A stretch of 64,000 nucleotides of DNA from Anthoceros angustus (taxonomy: Eukaryota > Plantae > Anthocerotophyta), in assembly GCA_010909165.1 (NCBI GenBank), contig MU008172.1, forward strand, positions 1,302,001-1,366,000, read 5' to 3'. The position numbers and the translations under genes are program-made. Every line of letters begins with the position of its first letter. Within the stretch, counting starts at the first letter, position 1. Under the pieces are notes generated by a model, which worked only from the letters and a program-made list of their open reading frames with translations, was not told the origin of the DNA and searched no databases. This document shows positions 36,401-48,400 of this stretch, piece after piece.

Positions 36401-39007
36401 GATCAAGCTTATGGAAGGCAAAGGACGCAGCTCATAAGAGCAACTCAAACATAGGCATCTTGCTCACAATTGAAGTCTCAAGTGATACTTGACATCAAAC
36501 AGAGTGCTATGAAAAGCTTGAACCACTAAGAAACAACCACTTGATCTTGATCAAACCAATGACCATTGAGGCTTGAAATGATAATCAAGCACATAGTGTG
36601 CTGTTTGGAATGTGAATTGTAGTGCATCTTGTGAGCTAGATGTACTTCAAGTGATATGCATTAACTTTGTTGCACATCAGATGCTTTGTGCAACTTTTTT
36701 ATTGTTGTTGTTTCTTTGTTGTTGATGTCTCTAATTAAATTAATTTTTTGTTACTTGCTAGTGTAATCTCTAACATGTTGCAATACCAAAACTGCAAACT
36801 TGATCTTGAAAAGAAAAGAGGCAGAGAGGGGGGGGGGGGGGGGGGGGGGGTTGAAGAAGGGGGGGGAGGGAGGAGGGCAAGAAGTGAAGAGGATGCAAGA
36901 AGAAGCACAACCAAGCACAAGAAGGGGGTGAAGAAGTTTATGTATGATGTTTCTTTGTTTTGTTGTTTACATATTATATATAAATACTATTATACTATAA
37001 AAATGTATAAAACAATTGAAGAAGTTTCATAGTTTTCTAAATACAATTAATAAGAAGAAGAAGAGGAAGAAGATGAAGAAGAAGAAGAAGAAGAAGAAGA
37101 AGAAGAAGAAGAAGAAGAAGAAGAAGAAGAAGAAGAAGAGGAGGAAGAAGAAGAACAAGAAGATGAAGAGGAAGAAGAAGAACAACAACAACAACAAGAA
37201 GAAGAAGATGAAGACGAAGAAGAAGAAATTTATTCAAGTCCACTAAGGACGGATCTTCGTCATAGGATTGAAATATGGCAACTACATAGATTGCGGTAAA
37301 ATGGTCTAGACGAATGCAAAGGTAAAATTCAAACAAGACAAATAATCTTCAATCAATCAATAATGTTAATGAAATGCATGAACGAGGGCTAAACACCACA
37401 AATTCATCCCCATGAAAGAAAGCCGTTGACTTGCAGACGAGAAAAAGGTGTAACTTCTCCTTCTTAATCTTCCATTGCAATGGTGTAAGATCGATTGATA
37501 TATAAGAGTCGTCTGTAACATAGACCTAGCCTTCATAACTGGAGGCGATCATCCATGGAGTGAAAAGTCATAATCAATGCGGTCTCTACCAAAGATCCTT
37601 TCCAAGCCAAGGCTCGAGCAACGACCATCGACCTCTAGCCTATTGAGAAACTCCTTTGCAGCCACAAGTGGTGCAACAATGTCATTACCAAGACCATAAA
37701 TTCTCAAGTTCAATGCACGCGAGCATCCGCCTGATATTGTGTTACCACCGTGACAAGAAGGAGGGGGGATCGATATCATTAACTCCCATGGGTTTCTACC
37801 ATAGCGTGGTAGCCAAGAACCTTTTGCACACGATATGCAAAACCCCAAATTGCATGCTAAAAATCCGCACTAAAAAGACCATTTTGAATAGTTTAGGTCT
37901 TGTTTACGGTGCACAAACGCATTTGATCAATTTTATCCAATTTTGAGCCTTCCTAAAAGAAGGTCATTCTCACAATCCACGCGTGTACAAACATTTAGAG
38001 TGTTTAGGGCTTCGTGATTTTGGTGTGCAAACTTGTTTGCATCAACCTTTCACTGCACATCAATCCTAAGACTATACTCGCTGGGAATCCTACAAGACTT
38101 TGTTTCAGACATTTGGCACAATAATATCTTCCTTGACCGATGCTCTTCTTGATTACCGCACGAGAACGAAGTGGTATGGTGTGCACAGGAGTCGGGCCCA
38201 AGCCAAATGTCTAAAGATTCAAAAGATGCACAAGGTTCTCTCTATTGTTTTGCTGTTGTTTGAGGTTTTGTTTTGTTTTATGTTTTATGTTTTATTCTTT
38301 TTTGCTTTATTATGCCTTAATTTTTGTTGTGCTAGTGGTTTAATTTATATTATTGTAGTAATGTTTTTCCGCTTTGGCCATGAAATTTGAAAATGGAGAT
38401 AAGATGAGAATCCCAATGCTTATGTATTCACAAGAAAAGCCCAAAGTAGGTCAAACCTGCTATTCCACAACGCAAAGTCTCTACGACTAACCTCTTATCC
38501 TACAAGTCTAGGTTTGTTTTACGCTCACGTAGTTTGATAGTCCTTGAAATCATAATATGATGAGTAGTTCTTTATGTCAAAGGTGTACAAATTGGATGGT
38601 CTCATCTACACTAAAGTATTGGGGTCTCCTAATTGCCGCGCACCTTGCAATATTGGGCACCTTGATAAAGATTTCGTGCCAAACTAGATATACGAATGGC
38701 TCCTTTTGATGAAGGTTTGAATGCCATGGACAACCCTTAGTAAGAAGCAGTTTTGGGAGGCCATCGTGAGCTTCAACATAAATCAAGGTCAGCCTTAAGT
38801 TGACGTAAGTTTAGCACGCAATTCATAACATTAATAAGGTTAAAACTATGACCATGTTACCACATTTGGGCTGAATTCAGTGTTAGGCATGACATTGCTT
38901 AGTTCACGTCACAAAGTTCATCAAGGAACGAAACAAATGCCTTTGTCTAATCACGTGTGGTAACTATTTCCCACATCAACTTCTATTCCTACAGCATTTG
39001 GTGTAGT

Positions 39008-42000
39008 GGATGGAACCTTCTCAGGTGGTGGTAGTATATGTGACTGGATCCGTGCAACTGCGAGTGCTGGATGGGGATTTGCTGCCAACTATGGTGAATG
39101 GGTGGAAGGTTAAGTACCTTCATGAGTACTGTTGTCGCAGACGCGAAAGCGGTGAGGAGGGAGTAATGGCATAAAGTTTGGAGCAACAGCCCAAGCGAGC
39201 CGGAGGAAGAGCAGACTTGATTTTTTGGCTAAGAATGATTGAAGGGATCATGCCGGGATTTTACGAAACTTGAAGGCTGGAGTTGTAGGATCTTTGTGGG
39301 AGGCGAGAGGATATCTCGGGGAAAAGCAGGTCAAAATGACCCACAGTGAGATGGAAGGCAGCCGAAGAAGTGAGGCGGCGGCACTACCGTGAGGGTCGCT
39401 CACACTACGCCAAGAGGTCGAGAGGAAGAGCGCAGACTACGGGTGAGGCTGGGGCGTCTCGGCCAAAAGGGAAAATTAGGATGGGAGATATCCACTATAT
39501 GCCCACCAATAGTGGACTAGATAAATGGGTCGAATAGGAAATTAAAAGCTAGATTGGGCCGTTAGGAAACTAGGGGAAATAGTATCTTAGTATAAGAGGA
39601 ATTGGAAACTCAATCAAGCTGTGGAAAAGGTGCCACGTGGTGCATATCCAAGGCGAGTAGATTGGTAGTTACCATTCCTAACCCCAAGTTATCTTTATAA
39701 TCTGCATGTGTGTAGGAGGTCACAACTTGAAGGTGAGGAAGCGCCAACAGGAAGGCGCCACACCAAGAGTAGAAGAGCCCCACATTACACGATGTACGTG
39801 CGCTGCGGGGATAGAGAGGCGCAAGCTAGGCGTAGAGGAGGAAAATAGGCAAGACAAGTAGGGTGCAGAAGAAGAAGGAAGGAAAGGGCCGGGTGGAAGG
39901 AAGAAGGCAATGCTTGCCCAAGCCCAAAGGTGTTGGGAAGAGCAAGGCATGTCAAAATTGAAGAGAAATTGCGAGAAGGGACTCTCAACTTGCTGGAAGA
40001 TGTAAGAATCCGTGAAACGCCCTTAGAGAATTCCTTCTTTCGAAATCACAGCAATTGGAAACTCGTCCTGGAAAAGCAAGGGTATAAGAGCTAGGGGAAT
40101 TGTGAGCAAGGGCGAGGTCAAGGCCAGGGTGTGTGTGTGGAAATTGCAAGGAGCTGGAAGGTTCTTGGCATCCATTCAATTGTCCATCTCGAGGCCAAGC
40201 ATGGAAAGACCATTGCCTTTTATGACACTCGGAGGATAGGCATCATCAAGCGCTGCAGCATCAAGGCTGGAGGACTCTGCGAAGGAAGAGGAGGAAGCAG
40301 TGGTAGAACCCGAGGGGTTGCTGCCGGAGGAGGAGGAAACCTCCATGAGCGAGCCCCAGAGAGGAGCTCAAGAGATGCGAGGATAGGCCAAATGGTGTAT
40401 AGGGAGACGCCTACCATGGTAGGTGCACACCCTACCGTGATAGGAACAACACGTAGGGAGTGGAGTGGGTGGGTAGGCAGCCCTCAGTGAGGAAGGGGGT
40501 GGAGTGCCTAGCACATGTTGCGCGGTGAAGGCCAAGGATGAAGAAGATAGAAGAGAGCTGAAGTTATGGTGCACCAATGCTAGTCATTTGCAAGAGGAGG
40601 CCATGGCGTGCGAAGCATGTGGAAGTACTTGCGTGGAGTAATGATGTGAGGATGGCATGATAGGGCCGTGTGCTGAACTAGGAGAGGCCATGGTAGAGCT
40701 CTCATGGCAAGCTGAATTTGCAGCTGGGCTGCAAGATGGAGGTGGCATAGCCACAGGAAGGTAGTATTGCAGATGGGCTGCGATATGGAGAAGGAATCGC
40801 AATGGGGTGTGCATCATGAAGGCAAAATTCGCAGTTGGGCTGCAAGTAGGTGTGAAGGGAGGTCGTTGTGGTGGCCGCGAGGAGAATTGGGCAGCAAGGT
40901 AGGCTGATTCGAGAGTTGGTCAAGGAGTTCGCTAAGGAGAAATGTGGAGAAGGAGCTTGGTGAGGAGTTCAATAATGAATCACTAAAATGTATGTGGCAA
41001 GATATGCACAAGGAACTTGGTGTGTTGGATATGTGGATATAAGAACTCCAGAGTTAAGCGTCCTATGGGCGGATCAGTACTCAGATGGGGTGCCTTTTGT
41101 GTGAGGAGTATGAGCTTATATTTGCAAAAGACACAGGAGCTGATTGGGAAAGTTCTTAGTAGGGAGTTGCAGTGCCGGCACATTTTGGAGGCTGAGGATT
41201 GAGCTTTTTCCTTGGGTTTTGGGGTAGGATGGTCTCTATGGGAGCGCCTAGGGCCAAGGAGATGCAGGAATGTTGCTCTTGCACAAGAGCTGAAGGATTG
41301 ATGACTTAAGAGCCTTCTTGGTGCAAACCAACTAGGGTCTTGAATTTGTGCAAGATGGATGGAAAGGATCCTTAGATTCATGGTGGGGATTGATGGCTAC
41401 GATAGAAATTAGAGGTTATGGCTGGCTGTGCGAAATAATGGATGGGATATGGCCACATGCTTGCAGCAACCACTCAAATCTATGGCTGCAATTTAGGAGC
41501 TCTGTTGCTATAATTGTCGCATGAGAAGACCTGGGCATCTAAAAGTGCAGAGAGGGAGTGAGAGCTAGAGCTGTGTGCGCTCTCAGTGTGTGTGCCTTCT
41601 TAAGAGTGATGCCATCTCCTCTTGGTGTTCTCTTTTCTTGTGGCACCAATTTCTTGGGTCTTGGTGTGCCTTGGCTTGGTTTTGAGTGAATTTCTTCTAA
41701 GAGGGATGTCCTTAGTGTTCTTGGTGCTTAGCTTGGTGTTTGTTCTCCTCATGGGATTGCTAAGAGCCAAGCAGGATGAGGTGGTTCGGAGGAAGCGTGT
41801 GGATGCCGTGAAGGGTTTCGGCCAAGAAACCCCAACTCATGAAGCGCATGGTGGTAGTTTGGAGTGTAAACCCATTGCCAAAAATATTGGGCGATGGCAT
41901 GTGTGTGGAGGCCTACAATAATTGTGAAGAGGAGGATGCTTGGGCCACACGATGATGATAGGGAGGCCCTCATGCAGATTAAGCCGGGGCCTTAGATTTT

Positions 42001-44065
42001 GATGAGGTCACAAGCGATATGGACTCAGGAGTTTGGAGAAGAAATGGCGAGGAAGGAGCCTACAGCAGGGAGAAGGCGACCTACGGTAGGTCTGTCGAAG
42101 GAGGCAATGGATGCAAGTGCTATTGAGGGAGCGATGGTAGGGAGGCAAGTACTTTGGCCCCACAGAGATGTTAAGGAGGAGGTTGTCTCCCTAGGAGAAT
42201 GAAAAATCACAAAGAGGAGCTCAACCTACCAACATAAGTGCAGGGAAGGAGGTCACTTGTTCCACAAGTGAGGAGGATGAGTCCTCGGCGCCAAAGGAAG
42301 GAGATGGCGCAGGGAAGCAGGTGAGGTCACCCTACCACGGTGAGTGACCACCCTACACGGTAGTGCAGTGCGTGGTAGGCCCACCACCCTCGCGTGACGG
42401 CTGTGAGGCGGTACCACAGGCGTGGGACTGAGGGGAGCCGGGCCACGAGGCTTTGAGGATGAAGGGCGGGGTCGAAGATACCCTAAGATGATGGAGTGGT
42501 GGTGGGAGCAACCGGGAGGAGAGAGGCAGGGGTCCGACCCGTGAGAAGGGAGGGTGAGGGAGAACACCCCACGGATAAGGGAGGCAGGCCGAGAGGAGAC
42601 CAACGCAAAGAAGGCCCGGAGGAATTAGTGACAACATCGGTCAAATGGGGAGGAACCTTTGAAGACATGCTCCATAATAGGTATGGACAAATCAAACAAG
42701 AAAGGAGCAAAAGGATCTCAGGAGACCATCACCGATGGAGAGGAAGAGAAGGAGATAGGGACGGACTACCATGGTAGGTAGTCACCTACCGATGCCGGAC
42801 TACGCGTAGGGTGCCTTTGAAGGAGGCCGCGGTGGAGGCTAGAAAAGGCGCTGGCGGAGCGCGATTGCTGGATGGCAAGAGGAATCAGGCGCCGCCCAGC
42901 GGAGATGGAGGAAGGGGCAGATTGTACTTGCCCCAAATTAGGAAGATGACAAAAGTGGGGAAGGGGCAAGAGCAAAAGGAGGCGAGGCCAATCCACAGAG
43001 AGGGTCCCCGCAAGATAAGGTGGAATGGTCAATGACCATAAATGCTAGATGAAGAATAGGAAGGACGGTGATGTAACAACATCCTTAAAGACTTAGGTGA
43101 AGTTGCTAGAATAGAATTTACCAAGGATCGGACAATAGACTTAGGTGCCAGACATTAAATCTTGTAGGAAATAATAGAAAATTGGAAAAGGTGACTGCGG
43201 TAGGGTCACCAAGGGAGGTTGTATGTGGAAGGCCTCCTATAAGAGGAGGAGGATTTCACAAAGTAAAGTATCATGTCTTGCGCTTCCACGCTCGAGTCCT
43301 TTGCCATTCTGAGAGGAATTTCGTGTGAGCCAACCACGTCACAGAGGAAGTCGCGGTGGTCGGAGTGCTTGGTGGAGGACTTGCTCTGCAAGTGCCTAAG
43401 CGAGTTGCTCCCCTTGTGAATGGTTCTTTGTGAAATTGCTTTGCTTTGGGTGTGTGGCAAATGCCGGAGAACTCTCGGCTTGAGGGTAGACTACAGGAAA
43501 GACTCCTGGAGGTTCTCGTTGTCACAGTGTCAAACTCATACCGGCCCAAGGAAGAACTTCTGGTGGAGGCGGACCCAGGCGGTTGTGCCGTAAGGCGGTC
43601 GAAACCAGTGCCAGGCGAGGTTAGAATAGGAGGAAGAGGATGAGAAGATGAGTAGAGGATTAGAGGTGTAGGTGTTAGTGGAAGGCCACAGAGGCCCTAA
43701 GGGACGAATCCCAAACTGCAAGTAAAGGCGCTCACAGTGGAGAAGTGGTCTTAAGTAGGGAAATCGCGGTGTGGATCGGGGGTCCACTGGGCGCCGTGAT
43801 AGGCTCCTCACTGGCGGGACACACAATTGTTTGTCGTGTAGGTTGAGGTTGGCATTTTGGAGCGGTGCAAGTGTGCTGTGGAGGAGTAGAGGCGCCTTGC
43901 TTGTTTAGAAAGAGAAGTGTGTCTGCGGTGGCGATCGGGCATCACAAGACCTCGAACTTTCACACAAGTCTCATGGGACGAAACCCAGCGTGAGCGGCGA
44001 TTGGGATAAGTGTGGCCGCTATAGTGGGAGGACCTCGGGAGTGCCCCGGGTTTTCCCTAACCACA
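39008..44065 (+). mobile_element. Second, diverged, 5'-truncated copy of the gypsy 3' region
   Basis: Starts abruptly in the integrase GPY/F domain (...TGSVQLRVLDGDLLPTMVNGWKVK), then GAGGAGGGAG, accessory-ORF remnants and the same terminal ~1 kb as 22380-23407, ending ...ttttccctaaCCACA. Confidence 0.8.
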
Positions 44066-44210
44066 CACCCCTACTTCATAGTGAGTGAGAGTGATCAAAT
44101 ATTTGACATATTAGGGCCCTATTCATAAGGTAGCTAATTTTCACCCCTACTTCATAGTGAGTGAGAGTGATGAAATATTTGACATATTAGGGCCGTATTC
44201 ATAAGGTATC
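44066..44210. repeat. Two tandem copies of a 76-bp unit
   Basis: cacccctacttcatagtgagtgagagtgat at 44066 and 44142. Confidence 0.9.
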
Positions 44211-44379
44211 CTTTAAATTCTCATTATTTATTTCTTAGGGCGATAATTAGATTAATTAGTTACTTAATTGGTTATTTGGTTACAACATTCTATAACAGCG
44301 TGTGGGTGGAAAGGGGTCTCTCCAGTCACCCGTTTTTGCACGCGCCCGGACTTTTGCGGATGCCAAATTGTACGCCGAA

Positions 44380-44760
44380 AAATCCATATTGAGAACAGCA
44401 GTTTTGAAGAGTTAGGTCTTATTTACGCGTTTACAAATGTATTTGATTTTAAACTTTATCAAATTCTGAGGTATCCTAAAAGAAGGCCACTCTCACGACC
44501 AGCACGTGTACAAACATTTACAGTTTTAGGGCCTCTACTATGATTCTGATGCGCAAACAAGTTTGCGTATCAACTTTTCACTCGCAGCACTCAATCCTAA
44601 GACTATACTCTCGCTATGTGAATTCTATAGGACTTTGTTTCTCAAACATTGGCAGGATAATATCTTCATTGATCTAATGCTCTTGATCCGCGTGCAATGC
44701 GAGAATGAGATTGGTATGGTCTGCACTTACACGCCAAACGTCTCAAGATTCAAAAGAATG
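44380..44760 (-). mobile_element. Diverged fragment related to the CACTA-like array unit
   Basis: Colinear similarity to ~27110-27480 (ccaaattg..., taggtctt.tttacg..., gtacaaacattta..., aatcctaagactatactc...). Confidence 0.65.
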
Positions 44761-45474
44761 GTTCTCACTACTAGTTCAAAGCTTTGATCACTACAGGAAA
44801 AGATGAGGGCTAAGTCAAGATGAGGACATATTCAAATTAGGGAGGTGCACAAAAAGGGTTGAAAACAACAAAAGGAATCTTTTAAAACAACAAAAATACC
44901 AACAACAATACTAAAAAACGCACGAAAAGGCCAAAATTTTATAGCAAGTGCGCTCACTTGCCCCGAGAACCTGAAATTTTTTTTGGATGTATTTCATATG
45001 TTTTTGGATTTTTTGCTTATTTTGTGCAAATAGGCTTGCACACTGCCACATTGGGTGCGTAAACTTGTCTGCGCACTCATCTCGTTCCGTCTGTTTTCTA
45101 ACATAAATGCTTGTATGAGATGAAGGGTGGACATGCAAAAATAGCCTATAACTGATGGTTCTGCTTATTTTCACCCCTTCAAAATTGCAGTGTCCACCCA
45201 TGGATGTGGTACATTGTGACCAAATGAAAATACAAGGTGTGGCGCCGCGACTTTGAACACCACATTTAAGTTAGCAAACACCCTTATCGTGATGACATCA
45301 GTATCAGCCAGTCATGTGTCATATAATACCATCCAGGCTACAACCATGCATTTCAGTGACACATCGTGCACCTTCAAACCATGCTAAGTCGGTAGCGTCG
45401 GTCACTCCCATTCCATGATCTAAGTTTATAACAACAAAACAAAACAAGAATCGACATAATTGTCAGACCTCATC

Positions 45475-48400
45475 AGAGGTTCGAGCTAAATGCGTCAGCA
45501 TCCGCTCAAGTTAAGTGGAGAGTTCCTAGTCCACAAAAAGCGCGCATCATCAGCGTGAGAATGTGGGCTCATGCTCACTGATCATGCAACCTATTGTTCC
45601 AACGGATGAATTGCATAGAAAAGAATGACAATCGTGAGCCTTTGCTCGGTGATCTCGCGACCGGCGCTTTCCGACTGAGACTCTCTGGCGGACTCGGCTA
45701 CCAACACGGGACCTCTTAAGCTCGTCCCGTCTCATCGTCTCCATCTAGGTGCCCAGCCTGATTCTCTCCGCTCCATACATCACTCCTCGGTAACCTTGTT
45801 ACATCATCATTCATCTTGGATTCTCAAGCAAAACTTAAATCTCGCCCTATTCACATAGGCACCGGCACTATTGACCTAATCGTGCTTCCATTTACCACGC
45901 ATTTATACCCACATGCGAATTAACCTATGCCCCAGCCTGGCCCTACATATCATGATGGCGGTGACACATGTACACACCTTCAAACCATGCTAAGTAAGTG
46001 GCGTCGGTCACTCCCATTCCATCTAAGTTTATAACAACAAAACAAAACAAGAATCACGACATAATTCGACCTCATTCCCAGTGGGCGAAGGGCGTCAAGC
46101 CCGCAACATCAAGCGGAGAACCAAACAACCAAGAAGACTCACATGCCAGCGCTCCCAGTACCCTTACTCCGACAGCAGGGCAATACCAAACACCGGCACC
46201 TCGGTGAGTGGTGGAGACAAACAAAATAGATGGAATCCACCATTGCATCAGTCACACAACAACATAAGCTCCGGATCGTCTGTTGGCGGCATGGATAATC
46301 GGAAGGTGGCACCCAATCCGCATACGATCGTGGGGTCCAGTTGGGAAGATGGCAAGGAGCACAATTCTTCATGTGCTCTTGAGGATCGTCCGTCGACCCT
46401 TGCAACACCAACACACATTGTCGGCACCTCTTTAACTCGCAATACATGTCTACGAGTAGAAGGTTCCAGTATTGGCGATCATCTCGTAGATAAACATAGT
46501 CTCCGTGTGAAACTTCTTCAATTTAGGCGGAAGTGGCCGCATGCGAGTGTAAGCATAGCGGCGTGTCTCGAGCAATCGAAGGTTAGCCATAGCCATGGGC
46601 ATAAAATAAAGCTACCGCTCACCAACGATCGGGCCCATGTGGCGGGATCATCCGGGGCCACTACGATGCATTTCCTTGGCAATGGAGCGGGAGCAGGATC
46701 CACCCAAAGAGCAAGAAATAGGGAAAAATGGGCCAAGCGTGCTTACTCATACGATACCCCATCGCCACATACGGCGCGAGTCCCAATCAACTTGAGGCAT
46801 TGTCAACAGCAGTTTCGTAAACTTGCTTAATGGTACAGACCAAGCGCTCGCCAACCCATGGGGATGATCTCGACTAGTTCGTCGATGATCAATGAAAGCA
46901 TGATCCAACAATCTGAAATTCTCCACGAAACTCCGTACCACGATCGAGACATTCGCCAAACCGACTAAGCACATCTTTGTAAAAAAGGCGTGCTCCTCGA
47001 GCTCTTATCGGGCAAAGCAACAATCTCAGCCCACTTAGAAAAGTGTTCTACCATCACCATCACATAAACATTACCCCGTGCTGTCTTAGGCAACTCACCA
47101 ATAAGATCGCAAGACCCGGTGAAGAAAAGACCCACGATAGGTAATGGCTGGGCTGCGATGGCTTGATATTAAAAGAAGCCTTTACCTTTGCTCGCATTGG
47201 GCTATCGGATCACGAACTTGACCATACATGCCACTCCAATGAGGAGCCAACAAACTATCGTTCGTTTGGCAATGCCCCATGTCGGCATGAGCCAGCTTGA
47301 CCAATCATGGCGGCGGCACGGTCGAAACGCTTCTTTGCCGGTCTGCATCGAGATAACCATCTCGCCAATTGTATCGGCCGCCCGTTCTTTGAATCGTGTT
47401 TTACGCTTGTACACCCTAGGGTATGAACCGGTTGCAAATAATGCATGGTTCCGAATCATCCAAATGTCTCGCTCATGCCAACAATCGGTATAAGCAGGCA
47501 CAATGCTCAAGTCTCCCAAAGCGGCGACAGGCCATCTAGTCACCATCCCATTCTCGTCAAAATCTTGTCGTGCCTATGGTCTTCTTAGATTCCACGGATG
47601 CCGTGATAACAAACAAATCGGCGTGCGGTGACAAGCTCCGGACGATGAACAACCTCAAAATCATAATCTTGTAAGGTCATTGCCCACGAGCCAACTTGCC
47701 ACTCAATTGGGTGTTAGTCATCAACCACTTCAAGGCGATGGTCGTCACGGTGTAAACTGCGCCCATACAAGTAAGGCCGAAAATGACATACACCACGGCC
47801 GCCAAACACTCCCTTCATAACTAGGGTAATTACTCTCAGCTCTATTGCAATCTGAGAAGCATACAATTACACGTTCATGACTGCATCATCAATTTGGGCG
47901 AACCCAAACCAGTGACTCAATCCAAGTATACTGTGAATGGTTTGTCAAAATCGGGTCTAGCCATGACGAGCATCTCGATCAACTGTCCTTCAACATAAGA
48001 AACGCTTGCTCACACGCTCCAATCCCAAGCGACATTCTTGCGTAACAACTCATTGAGAGGCTTGGCAATGCGACTAAAATCCGTAAATGCGATAATAATT
48101 GCGAGGCCCGGATATGCCCTTAACGTGGACACGCTGGTAGGCGCAGTACCTCAAGATAGCTGAACCTTAGCGGCGTGAGGCATAATGCGTTAGGCACAAT
48201 CCTATGACCTAGAATCTTGATCATTATCAACACCCAGCTCACACTTGGCGGGATGACACTTCAATCTTGCCTTCGGCCGAAAATAGGTCCTCCAAGTGAA
48301 CCAAATGTGTCAAAGTCTCGTGAACCAACACATCATCGATGTAACACAAGAGATGTGGTGCACCCGCCAACACCTTGTCCATGATTCTCTGAAACGTAAC

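Larger units (their letters stand above)
23408..39007 (-). mobile_element. Tandem array (~4.2 units, 3.3-3.9 kb each) of a decayed CACTA/CMC (EnSpm-like) transposase unit
   Basis: aatcctaagactatac at 23407, 27331, 31001, 34340, 38062. Minus-strand fragments in correct order: SLNFF...MAWLCNLIIKSPHLAFLMYNMSIGELNYTKC (cf. SxWPxxLxIxELPPxxRFxxxNMxxxGLW), SFLDEL, and EFLNRLEVD...LERIFGRDRIDYDF...SILHHCNGRLRRSY (cf. FxxxYG...HL...SxFxFExxNGxL). Family call is from remembered motifs only. Confidence 0.55.

Noticed and set aside
46081-46830. 249-aa plus-strand ORF
   Set aside because: Antisense shadow of the integrase-PHD region.
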